Source: a virus (Duplodnaviria; Caudoviricetes). From it: DNA of 32,324 nucleotides. Below are positions 15,670 through 24,565 of this stretch, piece by piece. The notes beneath the pieces are model-generated. The model made no database searches and was not told where the DNA came from. It saw only the letters and a list, made by a program, of their open reading frames with translations. How positions within the stretch are numbered: position 1 is the first letter of the stretch; every line of letters begins with the position of its first letter. Where the stretch lies: positions 1-32,324 of IMG/VR virus record IMGVR_UViG_3300014208_000099, one strand, 5' to 3'. Made by a program: the position numbers and the translations under genes.

Positions 15670-18438
15670 TTATAAAGAACGGTTTACTCCAATATCAAAT
15701 TGAAAATATTCTTTAAGGTTGACAGGTCTTTCGGAAGGAGAAGGATCAAAAGCCTTTATGTCTGAAAGTAGGGTAGACAATTTGTCTTTCTTCTTAGAAG
15801 CCATCTCTAAATTAAAAAATCCTTTCTTTTTTCTCCCGGTCTGAACCATTGTGGCGCATTTATCCGCCTGAGATTCTCCAATGCCCTTTATCTCCATAAA
15901 TGGTATATAAACTCTACCCTCATGGGCTATCCATTTCCGAGGATCTGAAATTCCAACTTTCGGAGTAACTATTTGAATTCCTTTGATCTGCGCTTCTTTT
16001 ATTATTGCTTCTTTATCTCCCTCATCTCCATAAGTCAGGGAAGCACATAAAAATTCAACCGGGTAATAAAGCTTAACAAAAGCCGTCCAATAAGCAATCA
16101 TCGCATATTCAACCGCATGAGACTTATTAAATGAATAATGTGCCCACTCAAGAAGACCCTGCCAAAATGTCTCGGCTTGCTTTTGCGTAAGAGTTTGTCT
16201 GTCATTACAACCCTGTAAAAAAGAGAGTCGGTAAGGTTCAAAAAACTTCGCCTCTCTTTTTTTACTTATTATTTTTCTTATCCTATCCGCATCACTGCCA
16301 GTAAATCCAGCAAGATCTGTCATCGCCCTCATTATCTGTTCCTGATAAATCATAACCCCATATGTCTCTTTTGTTATCTCCTCATATAAAGGATGAAGAT
16401 GCTTCCACTTTTGACCATGTTTTCTCTTAACATACTGATCTGCCTCCCCCGAAGCAAGTGGCCCCGGCCTTGGAAGAGCCATGACCGCAGTCAAATCATT
16501 AAAATTATCCAGTCTCATCTCTTTACAGAGCTTTGTACAAGCATAGCCGGTCACTTGGAAGATCCCGGCCGTATCTCCATTAGAAATCATCTCAAAGACC
16601 AGCGGATCATCAAACGAAAGCTTAGCATAATCAAAATCAACATTGTCACACTCAAGACCTGCTTCATCCGATAAATTATGTTCAACAAAATGACATTCGC
16701 TTCCAGAGTGATACCAAAAAGAAGGATCTGTATTCTGAGACTCATTTATCAATCTTTTGCACTCATCAAGAACAGATAAAGTCCCAAGCTTTAAAACATC
16801 AATTTTAATCAAGCCGGAATAGTCACAATCCTGCATATCCCAGTTTACTACCGCAACCCCTCCCCTCATAGACAAATTACACCGATCACTCTCCCTTAGA
16901 TCCTGACCACTTATTATAAGTCCTGCAGGATGCTGGCCACTACCCCTGATCTGTCCTTCCAAAGCACAAGAAAGACCAAAAACTTCAGGATATTTTGCCT
17001 TAAAATTTTTTGCTATTACCGATACCCGTGGAGAAGAAGCAATAGCATTGTTCTCATGTTCTCCCTGTCTTATCACTTTAGCGACTTCATCTATCTCCTT
17101 AAGAGGGATATCAAAAACCCTACCCACATCGCGAATTGCCGCCCGGCTCTTCATTGACATAAAAGTACTAATACCGGCCACATTATATTGACCATACTCC
17201 TGTTCAATATGTTGCCTTACTAAAGAAACCTTATTGCGATCAAAATCAATGTCAATATCAGGAAGATCAATTCTATCTTGACTTATAAACCTCTCAAAAA
17301 GAAGACCATATTTTATCGGATCAACAGCCGTAATACCAAGGAGATAAGCAACAAGACTTCCGCCAACACTCCCTCTACCCGGGCCAACCATAATTCCACT
17401 TTTCTTACAAAATTCTATAATCTCATATACAATTAAAAAATATCGAGCAAAATCTTTTTTCTTTATCAACGCCATTTCCATCTCATATCGTAAATAATAC
17501 TCCTCTAATAATTTTCCGGGATCGCCCATGCCTTGAGAACAAAAATGATCTAAAATATCGTCTGCTATTAAATTTGGATGTTCTTTCTCGTATCGAGTAA
17601 TTGGTAAATCTGGCTCTCCTTTCTCAATTCTAAAATCCCAACACATCTCCCCTATTTTATTGCTATTCATTATTGCAAGTATGTATTCTCTCCTGCTAAA
17701 AACCCCCTGTTTTTCAAAAGCATCAATCATCTCCTGTTCTGTCCGAAGATAAAGATCCTTAAAATCAAACTTCCACCGATTCGGATCATTCCATTTGCCT
17801 TTACTCCGAATAGCCAATAAAACCTCCTGAGCCTTAGCCTGGTCACTTAAAACATAATGGCAATCATTTGTCGCCACCAATGGCAATTTTAATTCCTGGT
17901 GTAGATCCCGGCAAAGCATATTCGTTTTGACTTGGGAATCCACAAGATGAGGCATTATTTCAAGATAGCAAGACATTCCATCGTCCATCAAATCAAGCAG
18001 TAAGTCTTCTCCACCGGGCAGATGTAAAAAAGAGGAAACACAAGCGGTCATTAAAACAAGTCCATCATTCATGTTCTCCCAAAGAGTTTCAAAGTCTATT
18101 CTCGGGCGATAATAAAAACCCTCTGTATTAGCCTTTGTCAACATCTTCAAAAGACTGATCCAGCCACGTTGATTCTTAACAAGCAAAACAACATGGCCTC
18201 TTTTCTCTCCCTTCTCCTTGATAGTCATATCAGGGACTACATACAACTCACATCCGACAATAGGATTCACCCCTATTTTAAGACATTCCTTCTGCCACTT
18301 AATTGCTCCATCAATATTGGCATGATCAGTTATCGCGATCCCGGTCATTCCAAGTTCTTTTGCTCTCCTGGCATAATCCGCGGGCTTACCAATACCATCC
18401 AACTGACTATATTCCGAATGAACATGAAGGTGTATCAT
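15670..18438 (-). CDS. dnaE: DNA polymerase III alpha subunit (family C), short C-terminus
   Basis: PHP domain HLHVHSEYSQLDG, TNDCHY, GPGRGSVGGSLVAYLLGIT, PDIDIDF, HPAG, KIDVL, YQEQIM, FNKSHA, HhH IKGIGE. Confidence 0.95.
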   Translation of the reverse strand: MIHLHVHSEYSQLDGIGKPADYARRAKELGMTGIAITDHANIDGAIKWQKECLKIGVNPIVGCELYVVPDMTIKEKGEKRGHVVLLVKNQRGWISLLKMLTKANTEGFYYRPRIDFETLWENMNDGLVLMTACVSSFLHLPGGEDLLLDLMDDGMSCYLEIMPHLVDSQVKTNMLCRDLHQELKLPLVATNDCHYVLSDQAKAQEVLLAIRSKGKWNDPNRWKFDFKDLYLRTEQEMIDAFEKQGVFSRREYILAIMNSNKIGEMCWDFRIEKGEPDLPITRYEKEHPNLIADDILDHFCSQGMGDPGKLLEEYYLRYEMEMALIKKKDFARYFLIVYEIIEFCKKSGIMVGPGRGSVGGSLVAYLLGITAVDPIKYGLLFERFISQDRIDLPDIDIDFDRNKVSLVRQHIEQEYGQYNVAGISTFMSMKSRAAIRDVGRVFDIPLKEIDEVAKVIRQGEHENNAIASSPRVSVIAKNFKAKYPEVFGLSCALEGQIRGSGQHPAGLIISGQDLRESDRCNLSMRGGVAVVNWDMQDCDYSGLIKIDVLKLGTLSVLDECKRLINESQNTDPSFWYHSGSECHFVEHNLSDEAGLECDNVDFDYAKLSFDDPLVFEMISNGDTAGIFQVTGYACTKLCKEMRLDNFNDLTAVMALPRPGPLASGEADQYVKRKHGQKWKHLHPLYEEITKETYGVMIYQEQIMRAMTDLAGFTGSDADRIRKIISKKREAKFFEPYRLSFLQGCNDRQTLTQKQAETFWQGLLEWAHYSFNKSHAVEYAMIAYWTAFVKLYYPVEFLCASLTYGDEGDKEAIIKEAQIKGIQIVTPKVGISDPRKWIAHEGRVYIPFMEIKGIGESQADKCATMVQTGRKKKGFFNLEMASKKKDKLSTLLSDIKAFDPSPSERPVNLKEYFQFDIGVNRSL

Positions 18439-18546
18439 AATAAAAAGATCCCATTTTTTCAGATAAGTTTTAATGATCTATTATATAAAAAGCCAAAAAA
18501 TCCTAAAAGAATTTACCTCACAAACCAAAATCACCCATAACAATTA

Positions 18547-18579
18547 TAAAGGAGATTGATAAATCACCAATCTCCTTTA
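18547..18579 (-). terminator. Hairpin after the clamp gene, probable terminator
   Basis: TAAAGGAGATTG / CAATCTCCTTTA perfect 12-bp stem in the intergenic gap. Confidence 0.6.
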
Positions 18580-18604
18580 CCAGATCAACACAAATACATG
18601 CCTT

Positions 18605-19594
18605 CTAATTTACACAAATCACGTGTTCAAATTTATCTCCCCCAAAAAACAATTTATTCTCCCCAACAATCATTTCAGATGTATGGGCAAGAATCTCCAC
18701 TAAAGCCTCCGGAGAGACTTTAATCTCAAAATTCTTACGACAACGAATTTGATATTCTTCTTCCACTTCCCAGCCAACCCCTTTACCTTTACAAAGCATC
18801 TGACCTGACTGGACGGACAATTCGATAAAATCCTCCTCATTCTTTTCTACAAGAGCCGTAGCTGTATCAACAGAAGCCTGTAACCCCGAAGGCAAAACAA
18901 CTTTGTCTCCATCAACTTCAAAAAGACTCCAGATCGCTTCAGGGTAAACTCCGGCCACCGTCCTTGAGCTAAAAATAGCCCCTTCCTTATTCTTAAAATG
19001 TACCCACGCCTGTTCAAGCAAATAATCAACAGGAGCATATTTTGCAAGAGTTCGGGCACTCACCGCAGGAAGTAAAAAGGGAGAATCTATCTTACCGTCA
19101 AGATAAAATTTGGTGGCTCTCCAATTGTCCGAAGACAATATATTATCGGCAGTAATCCACAGACAGGTCAATTCTTGGATAAGCATATTTTTATCCGCAG
19201 AGAAAGAACAAAATTTCAACCCGTCAGCAAAATCACTGGGAAGTTGTCTCCAGTTTTTATTCTTGGAAATAGGAACCGCAGGACATTTAATTTCAGAGGC
19301 AATTGAAATTTTTGCTTTCGTTCTCCCGGCCAAAAGCTCTAACTGATTTTCAACTATATCCATGTTAATTTCTTCGGCCTGAATCTTAGAAATCAACTTA
19401 TAAAAACCGGACGCCTTAATTGCCATAGACAATCCTGTCGCAAGAGGAAACGAAACCGCTACCTGGTCGTTATAAGTTCTGACATAATCCTTATCGAATA
19501 TAAAGTGATCCGTCTGGTCAATAATAGCCTTATCTGACAGGCCTACTTTTACCTTGGAAAGTGCTCCCAATAAAACGTCTTTTCTTATTTTCAT
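18605..19594 (-). CDS. dnaN: DNA polymerase III beta-like sliding clamp
   Basis: 329 aa; MKIRKDVLLGALSKV start, SSDNWRA (ATDGHRL-like), SSRTVAGVYP; adjacent to dnaE. Confidence 0.72.
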   Translation of the reverse strand: MKIRKDVLLGALSKVKVGLSDKAIIDQTDHFIFDKDYVRTYNDQVAVSFPLATGLSMAIKASGFYKLISKIQAEEINMDIVENQLELLAGRTKAKISIASEIKCPAVPISKNKNWRQLPSDFADGLKFCSFSADKNMLIQELTCLWITADNILSSDNWRATKFYLDGKIDSPFLLPAVSARTLAKYAPVDYLLEQAWVHFKNKEGAIFSSRTVAGVYPEAIWSLFEVDGDKVVLPSGLQASVDTATALVEKNEEDFIELSVQSGQMLCKGKGVGWEVEEEYQIRCRKNFEIKVSPEALVEILAHTSEMIVGENKLFFGGDKFEHVICVN

Positions 19595-19757
19595 TTATTA
19601 TCCACTCCCTTTCCTCCGCTATTAATTTTTGTAAAACAAGACTGTCTCCTTCTAAAAAATAAAAGGAGGTCAATTTACAATGACCTCCCACTCTCTTCAA
19701 AGTCTCGTTTTGAGTAGCTTCCACATTTGGTGGAAACATCGCAAAGTACAATTTCAT
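19530..19757 (-). CDS. Mini-protein resembling the DpdA N-terminal module (MKLYFA...VGGHCKLTSFYF)
   Basis: Directly downstream of dpdA; shares its pattern with 24017-24184. Confidence 0.65.
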   Translation of the reverse strand: MKLYFAMFPPNVEATQNETLKRVGGHCKLTSFYFLEGDSLVLQKLIAEEREWIINENKKRRFIGSTFQGKSRPVR

Positions 19758-19785
19758 CCTGTCAACCTTTTCGTAGCTTTAAAGA

Positions 19786-20883
19786 TTACATAAGACCTAA
19801 TCCGACCCTGCGAGATCCTTTAAAAGCCCAAGGCCAAGCAGGTAAATATTTCTCCAGATCAAGAAAATATATGACATTCAACTCATCTCTCTTTTTATAA
19901 CTATTGCAAAGACCCTCTTGAATAATAGTCTCGACATCTCTCCGATCAGTCCCCTTCTTACTCGCCCACCGCTCATTGTCCCTTAAAATATAATTCTTAC
20001 TCTCCTGGTGAAACTCGGAAGTTCCCATTATATAATTTTTCTGTTCAAAATACGCTTTTATTTCTTCCTTTGCTTTTGGAGGAAGGGTATCAAAATGTTC
20101 TCCCGCTTCTTCCTTTGCCGGACTTCGGGAAGAGACCGACACTTTCCAGGGGTTTTCATTATAGATCCACTCTCCTGACCTGAATCTTGGAACATAAACT
20201 GCGCCCATGCGGCTTGTCATAACCCATGAAGTAGAATCAACCGAGTACCAAGGATATCTAATCATAAGAGGCAAACTTGTCAAACCAAAACCGTGGATCT
20301 TGACCAATGGCATCCCATCTTCTCCACAAATATGACGGGAAAAAACGACATTGAGCCACGGCTCCAAGGCCGCGCTTGATATCGGAACCATGCCTCCCAA
20401 AGCAATATAGTCATGGCCCCTGTCCAGATAAAACTTAAGCCATTTAAAATCCTCCCCATAATGAAAACAGGGCAGAGGAGAAAGTCCCTGCCCTTCCATT
20501 ATCTCTTGATTCTTCCAAGTAGCTTGAGCGTCCCCGATAACATCAAGATTCGCATAAACATCAATGATGTCTATATTCTCTTTTATAAAAGCTATATATT
20601 CATCAAGCTTTATCTGCACCCCTTTACTCCAAGCAGAAAAAGCTCCGGAATCTATAAAAAGAGAAACCTTGCCCTGCCAAGGCGCCGCATTGTTTTTATT
20701 ACCCCTTCTCATAAATCTCCTATAAAAGTTAAAGCTGTTCTTAGACTCGGCTTGATCAACAGTCACAGAATAATAAGAGAGAAGCCTGCCCGTCAAGCCT
20801 TGGGAGATCATCCAAGCTTCCTGTTTATGAGCCCCTCCCCAGTCTTTTTCCCGAGCCGAAAAAGAAGCCGGACAAATTATCAC
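19786..20883 (-). CDS. dpdA: DpdA-like 7-deazaguanine DNA transglycosylase (TGT-like TIM barrel)
   Basis: FIDSGAFS, NLDVIGD, LPCFH, YIALGGMV, KIHGFG, YSVDSTSW motifs; inside the folE/queCDE cluster. Confidence 0.8.
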   Translation of the reverse strand: MIICPASFSAREKDWGGAHKQEAWMISQGLTGRLLSYYSVTVDQAESKNSFNFYRRFMRRGNKNNAAPWQGKVSLFIDSGAFSAWSKGVQIKLDEYIAFIKENIDIIDVYANLDVIGDAQATWKNQEIMEGQGLSPLPCFHYGEDFKWLKFYLDRGHDYIALGGMVPISSAALEPWLNVVFSRHICGEDGMPLVKIHGFGLTSLPLMIRYPWYSVDSTSWVMTSRMGAVYVPRFRSGEWIYNENPWKVSVSSRSPAKEEAGEHFDTLPPKAKEEIKAYFEQKNYIMGTSEFHQESKNYILRDNERWASKKGTDRRDVETIIQEGLCNSYKKRDELNVIYFLDLEKYLPAWPWAFKGSRRVGLGLM

Positions 20884-20889
20884 GATCTT

Positions 20890-21834
20890 CTATCTCCTTG
20901 CCCACAAAGCCATCAACTCGTTTCTTGCCGCAATTCCAGCATTTGTCTGCTCAAGAAAAACTCCTTTAAGAGAACTATAACCCATCTCCGAATGCTGTTT
21001 CTTTACTCCCCGGCAGGCTATACATAAATGTTTTGCCTCAATAAGACAGGCCGCTCCAATAGGGTTTAAATGTTCCATCAAATCCTTTGTAACCTGCTCT
21101 CCTATCCTTTCCTGCATCTGAAACCGACGCGCATAAATATCAAGGAGTCTGGCCATCTTGGAAGTCCCGATCACCGGGCCATTCGGAATATAAGCAATAA
21201 ATGCAGTACCAAGAAAAGGAAGCCAATGGTGTTCGCAAGTGCTATAAAACTCTATATTTTTAAGATAAACCAAACCTCCAAATTTAAAATCTTCCCTCTC
21301 ATCGTCAAAAGTCTTGAAAACATCCTTCGGACTTTGATCATAACCAGCAAAGATCTCCTTCCAAGATTTTACGACCCGGGCGGGAGTTTCCAGCATTCCT
21401 GACCGAAGAGGGTCATCTCCAATATATTGAATCATCCGAACAATATTGTCCTCAACTCCAGAAGAGTCATTTGTCTCCCAAAAGTAGTCCACCCAGCCAT
21501 CAATCAATTCGGCATACAAAGTAGGATAACATAAAGGCGGGGTATTCTTTTTAACATGAATCGCAACAAAATCAAAGTCTTTATATTTCATCCTTGTCCG
21601 GCCAGAATCAACAACATCATCCACAATAAGACAAGCCCTTTTAAAATTCCTTTTCATTGGCGGATCTGTAACTAAAGGAATGTTTAACCTTTGTGATAAA
21701 GCGCAAGCCAAAGGAATTCCTCCCCTTGGAACCCCATAAATAGCGCTATATGAATTGAGAGAAATATTCTGCGCCAATATCTCCACATCTCTCTCAAAAA
21801 GTTTTGCTCCATAATTAATCTTTTTCATCTGCAC
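20890..21834 (-). CDS. folE: Fusion of type I phosphoribosyltransferase (N-terminal) and GTP cyclohydrolase I
   Basis: YGVPRGG and LIVDDVVDSGRT PRPP-binding loop; ETPARV, CEHH, SKMARL, QER, HLC GCH-I motifs. Confidence 0.9.
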   Translation of the reverse strand: MQMKKINYGAKLFERDVEILAQNISLNSYSAIYGVPRGGIPLACALSQRLNIPLVTDPPMKRNFKRACLIVDDVVDSGRTRMKYKDFDFVAIHVKKNTPPLCYPTLYAELIDGWVDYFWETNDSSGVEDNIVRMIQYIGDDPLRSGMLETPARVVKSWKEIFAGYDQSPKDVFKTFDDEREDFKFGGLVYLKNIEFYSTCEHHWLPFLGTAFIAYIPNGPVIGTSKMARLLDIYARRFQMQERIGEQVTKDLMEHLNPIGAACLIEAKHLCIACRGVKKQHSEMGYSSLKGVFLEQTNAGIAARNELMALWARR

Positions 21835-21843
21835 CTCTCGATT

Positions 21844-22563
21844 TTAGCCTTCGCAATTAACAGGATCAAATATGCTCCTCAAATAAATAGGGTCAGGAGT
21901 GTTGGCTTCTTGAAAACCCTTCTGTCTTAATATACAAGCCGGGCATTTACCGCAAGGAGGATATAGTCCCTCATAACAAGTATGTGAATAGACCAAGGCA
22001 TCCATACAGCCCGGTAACGATTTCGCCAATTTTACCGATTCTGCTTTAGTAAGCCACATAAGCGGGGTATGGATGATAAAGGGGTAATCCATTGCAAGAG
22101 ATAATGTGACCTGTAATGACTTGATTGTATTGTCTCGGCAATCAGGATAGCCCGAAAAATCAGTCTGACAAACCCCGGTAACTATGTCCGCTATTCCCGT
22201 TTTAAAAGCTACGGCGGCGGCGATAGTTAAAAAAAGAATATTCCTGGCAGGTACAAAAGAGGCCGGTAATTTATCTGACCCCCTGTGATGAGAATTAATA
22301 TCTCCAGAAGAAGAAAGAAGAGCGGAATCTCCAATGTTTTGAAAAATATCCGTCGTTATTTGATGTTTTACAGAAACCCCCGCAAGATCAGCTATTTTAT
22401 CTGCGCATTTTACTTCGATCAAGTGTCGTTGTCCATAGATAATATTAATTGCGGAGACGGAAGTAAAATTTTCCCTTGCCCAGTACAGAGATGTTGTTGA
22501 GTCTTGTCCTCCAGAAAGGAGGACAAGACATGAGCCCTTTTTCATGTCTTGTCCTTTCGCCAA
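21844..22563 (-). CDS. queC: 7-cyano-7-deazaguanine (preQ0) synthase; start may be ATG 22545
   Basis: LLSGGQDSTT, YGQRH, VPARN, GYPDCR, TCY...CGKCPAC. Confidence 0.95.
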   Translation of the reverse strand: MAKGQDMKKGSCLVLLSGGQDSTTSLYWARENFTSVSAINIIYGQRHLIEVKCADKIADLAGVSVKHQITTDIFQNIGDSALLSSSGDINSHHRGSDKLPASFVPARNILFLTIAAAVAFKTGIADIVTGVCQTDFSGYPDCRDNTIKSLQVTLSLAMDYPFIIHTPLMWLTKAESVKLAKSLPGCMDALVYSHTCYEGLYPPCGKCPACILRQKGFQEANTPDPIYLRSIFDPVNCEG

Positions 22564-22594
22564 TCATTCATCAGAATCAGCAAGTTAATGTTTA

Positions 22595-23221
22595 TTATGC
22601 CTTGAGAGAAATCTTGCCGTCGGAGATTGTTAATTTAACGCCCTTCTCTCTTTCCAACCTGGTAGGACTTTTCTTTCCGCCGAGCTGGGCATTGATGGTC
22701 TTTTTCATTGCCACTTTGTCTCTGTCAGGAAATCTGGCGATAAGAAATTCGTGGATCTTCTCCAAAGTTGTAGATCCTTTTTTCGGGATTGCTTCCAGAA
22801 TTGAAGCAATTACTCCCGGCCCCTCTTTCTTAGGAGCCCCGGCCTTTTTGCCAGCAGAGGCGCCAGCTTTAGGAGCTTTGGGAGCCGCTTTGGCTTTACC
22901 TTTTGTTGCCCCTGCAGTCAATCTGCCCTTTGTTTCCGGAGACAGCAAATAAATAAGCTCCACGGTCTCTGACTGTAAAGTAGTAAGATCACCTTCCTGC
23001 AGATCAAATTTTTTAGTCTCTTCATCCTGTCCCTGAGCGACATCTTTTATATCGACAATCAGCTGGTCTATGAACTTTTTCTCCGCCGCCGCTTTTGCCG
23101 CCCCACGGCCTTTAACTTCCAAAACCGTTACAATGGGCGGATCTAACTGCAAAACCTTGTTTAAATCATCAGCGGCACTTACCAAATCTTCCATTTTAAA
23201 CTCTTTCGCTTCTTCGGCCAT
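22595..23221 (-). CDS. Ala/Lys-rich putative nucleoid/DNA-binding protein with C-terminal winged-helix-like domain
   Basis: Acidic N-terminus, KAKAAPKAPKAGA linker, GVIASILEAI...ARFPDR...MKKTINAQL domain; AGGAG RBS. Confidence 0.6.
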   Translation of the reverse strand: MAEEAKEFKMEDLVSAADDLNKVLQLDPPIVTVLEVKGRGAAKAAAEKKFIDQLIVDIKDVAQGQDEETKKFDLQEGDLTTLQSETVELIYLLSPETKGRLTAGATKGKAKAAPKAPKAGASAGKKAGAPKKEGPGVIASILEAIPKKGSTTLEKIHEFLIARFPDRDKVAMKKTINAQLGGKKSPTRLEREKGVKLTISDGKISLKA

Positions 23222-23378
23222 TTTACTATCTCCTTTTCGTTTGTTTAGGTTATTGGATCAAGTCAAATTAGATCCATGTGTTATTTGATTATATTATATA
23301 TGAATTTGAAAATAGCGAACAAAATACTTTTTATTTTTTTATCCTGACAAAAACAAAGCTTATATATAAGGACGCGAA

Positions 23379-24026
23379 TCAAGCAACTGATATTGCCTTA
23401 TGAATCTGTAAATTGAGGGAGACTCCAAGTCGCCAAAGCCGAGATGAAACCATCCGATCAACCAACCCCGCCCCTGACAAACCCGCATCAGGTAAACAAG
23501 GGCTAAAAGCAATACTTGCTTTCGATCCCTGCCTACGCAAATAATCAACAACCCTGACCGCCTCTTTATAATCTTTATCAGACTGGATCACGAATTTAAT
23601 CCAGTTATGCTTTTGTAATTTCTCCATCATACCCAACTGCATCGCGTCAGGGAATTCCAACTTATAATCAAAAACCCAGCCAAGACCATCCTTTAACAGA
23701 TATTTATCTGGCGGGCCATAAGATCCGTTAGACTCAACAGTTACCCGATATTCTCTGGCCAATAAAAGACTAATCAATGCCAAAGTCTGGTCATACTGAA
23801 AAAGAGGCTCTCCCCCGGTAATGGTCACTTTCGGGCATTCCAAAAAAACCACCGAATCATAAACCTCTTTTACCTCATAAAAACGCCCCTCATTATGAGC
23901 TTTCGGAGTATCGCAATAGCAACAATGTAAATTACAGCCGCCCGTCCTGACAAAAGTGGTCAATCCTCCCTGTCCAAAACGATTAACCTCTCCGTCTATA
24001 CTTTGAAATATTTCAGTTATTTGCAT
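23379..24026 (-). CDS. queE: 7-carboxy-7-deazaguanine synthase (radical SAM); start revised to 24026
   Basis: EIFQSIDGE, FVRTGGCNLHCCYCDT, ITGGEP, VESNG, KFVI, LQIHK; AGGAG RBS before MQITE. Confidence 0.93.
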   Translation of the reverse strand: MQITEIFQSIDGEVNRFGQGGLTTFVRTGGCNLHCCYCDTPKAHNEGRFYEVKEVYDSVVFLECPKVTITGGEPLFQYDQTLALISLLLAREYRVTVESNGSYGPPDKYLLKDGLGWVFDYKLEFPDAMQLGMMEKLQKHNWIKFVIQSDKDYKEAVRVVDYLRRQGSKASIAFSPCLPDAGLSGAGLVDRMVSSRLWRLGVSLNLQIHKAISVA

Positions 24027-24184
24027 TTGCTCTCCTTTGCAACTTGTTTTGTCATTGCCCATTGATCTTTTATTATCGCCTGAATCAAATAAAAGTAAGA
24101 AGCAAGTCGATTTCTCCCTCCGACCTCAAAAATCATTCTCTCCCTTGTCGAAATAATTGTATTACCGGCGATATATATCTTCAT
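24017..24184 (-). CDS. Unannotated 55-aa mini-protein MKIYIAGNTIISTRERMIFEVGGRNRLASYFYLIQAIIKDQWAMTKQVAKESKCK
   Basis: Manual translation; ATGA overlap with the queD stop and overlap with the queE start; fills the queD-queE gap exactly. Confidence 0.75.
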   Translation of the reverse strand: MKIYIAGNTIISTRERMIFEVGGRNRLASYFYLIQAIIKDQWAMTKQVAKESKCK

Positions 24185-24543
24185 TGTTTACTCTTCCATT
24201 CTGCATAGCAGGTATCCGTTTCCCACAATCTGACTCTTACCAAACCAGGCAGACTATCCAATAAGCGCTCTTTAACCCAAAACACCATATTCTCCGCTGT
24301 CGGATTAGAAAAAATAGAGTTCAAATGTTCATGATCGCAAAAGGATATCACATCTCTTTCAACGATTTCTTTTAAAAGACCGAAATCCATTATCATTCCC
24401 TGCCCCGAACCCTCTGTAACGATAGGAGAACTAACCTCAATCTCCAAGCAATAAGAGTGACCATGGATATTATGACACTTACCAACATACGAAGGAAGGT
24501 AATGAGCCGCCTCAAACTTAAAAATCTTAGTAATTGACACCAT
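24181..24543 (-). CDS. queD: 6-carboxytetrahydropterin synthase; start revised to 24543
   Basis: FEAAH, CHNIHGHSY, MDFG, DHEHLN, PTAEN, LWET; AGGAG RBS before MVSIT. Confidence 0.95.
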   Translation of the reverse strand: MVSITKIFKFEAAHYLPSYVGKCHNIHGHSYCLEIEVSSPIVTEGSGQGMIMDFGLLKEIVERDVISFCDHEHLNSIFSNPTAENMVFWVKERLLDSLPGLVRVRLWETDTCYAEWKSKQ

Positions 24544-24565
24544 TTTCAATCTCCTTTTTTTAATT

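Noticed and set aside
18580-18625. ICV-encoding sequence repeated just after the clamp stop codon
   Set aside because: Match is only about 8 nt; compatible with chance or a trivial micro-duplication
7072-20892. TAG recoding or readthrough: TAG stops at 7106, 13405, 14349 and 20890 are in frame with the next gene (e.g. folE-TAG-2 codons-dpdA)
   Set aside because: Each downstream gene has its own RBS, conserved genes have no internal TAG, TAA/TGA stops are also often in frame with the next gene, and no suppressor tRNA was seen
23225-23375. preQ1 riboswitch in the intergenic gap of the que cluster
   Set aside because: Only a 6-bp TGGATC/GATCCA stem; no preQ1-I consensus stem-loop with A-rich tail recognised
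9765-23551. Alternate-frame minus-strand ORFs nested in genes (9765-9965, 12050-12484, 12512-12694, 15370-15624, 18847-19059, 23360-23551)
   Set aside because: Overlap conserved genes almost entirely and have no recognisable features
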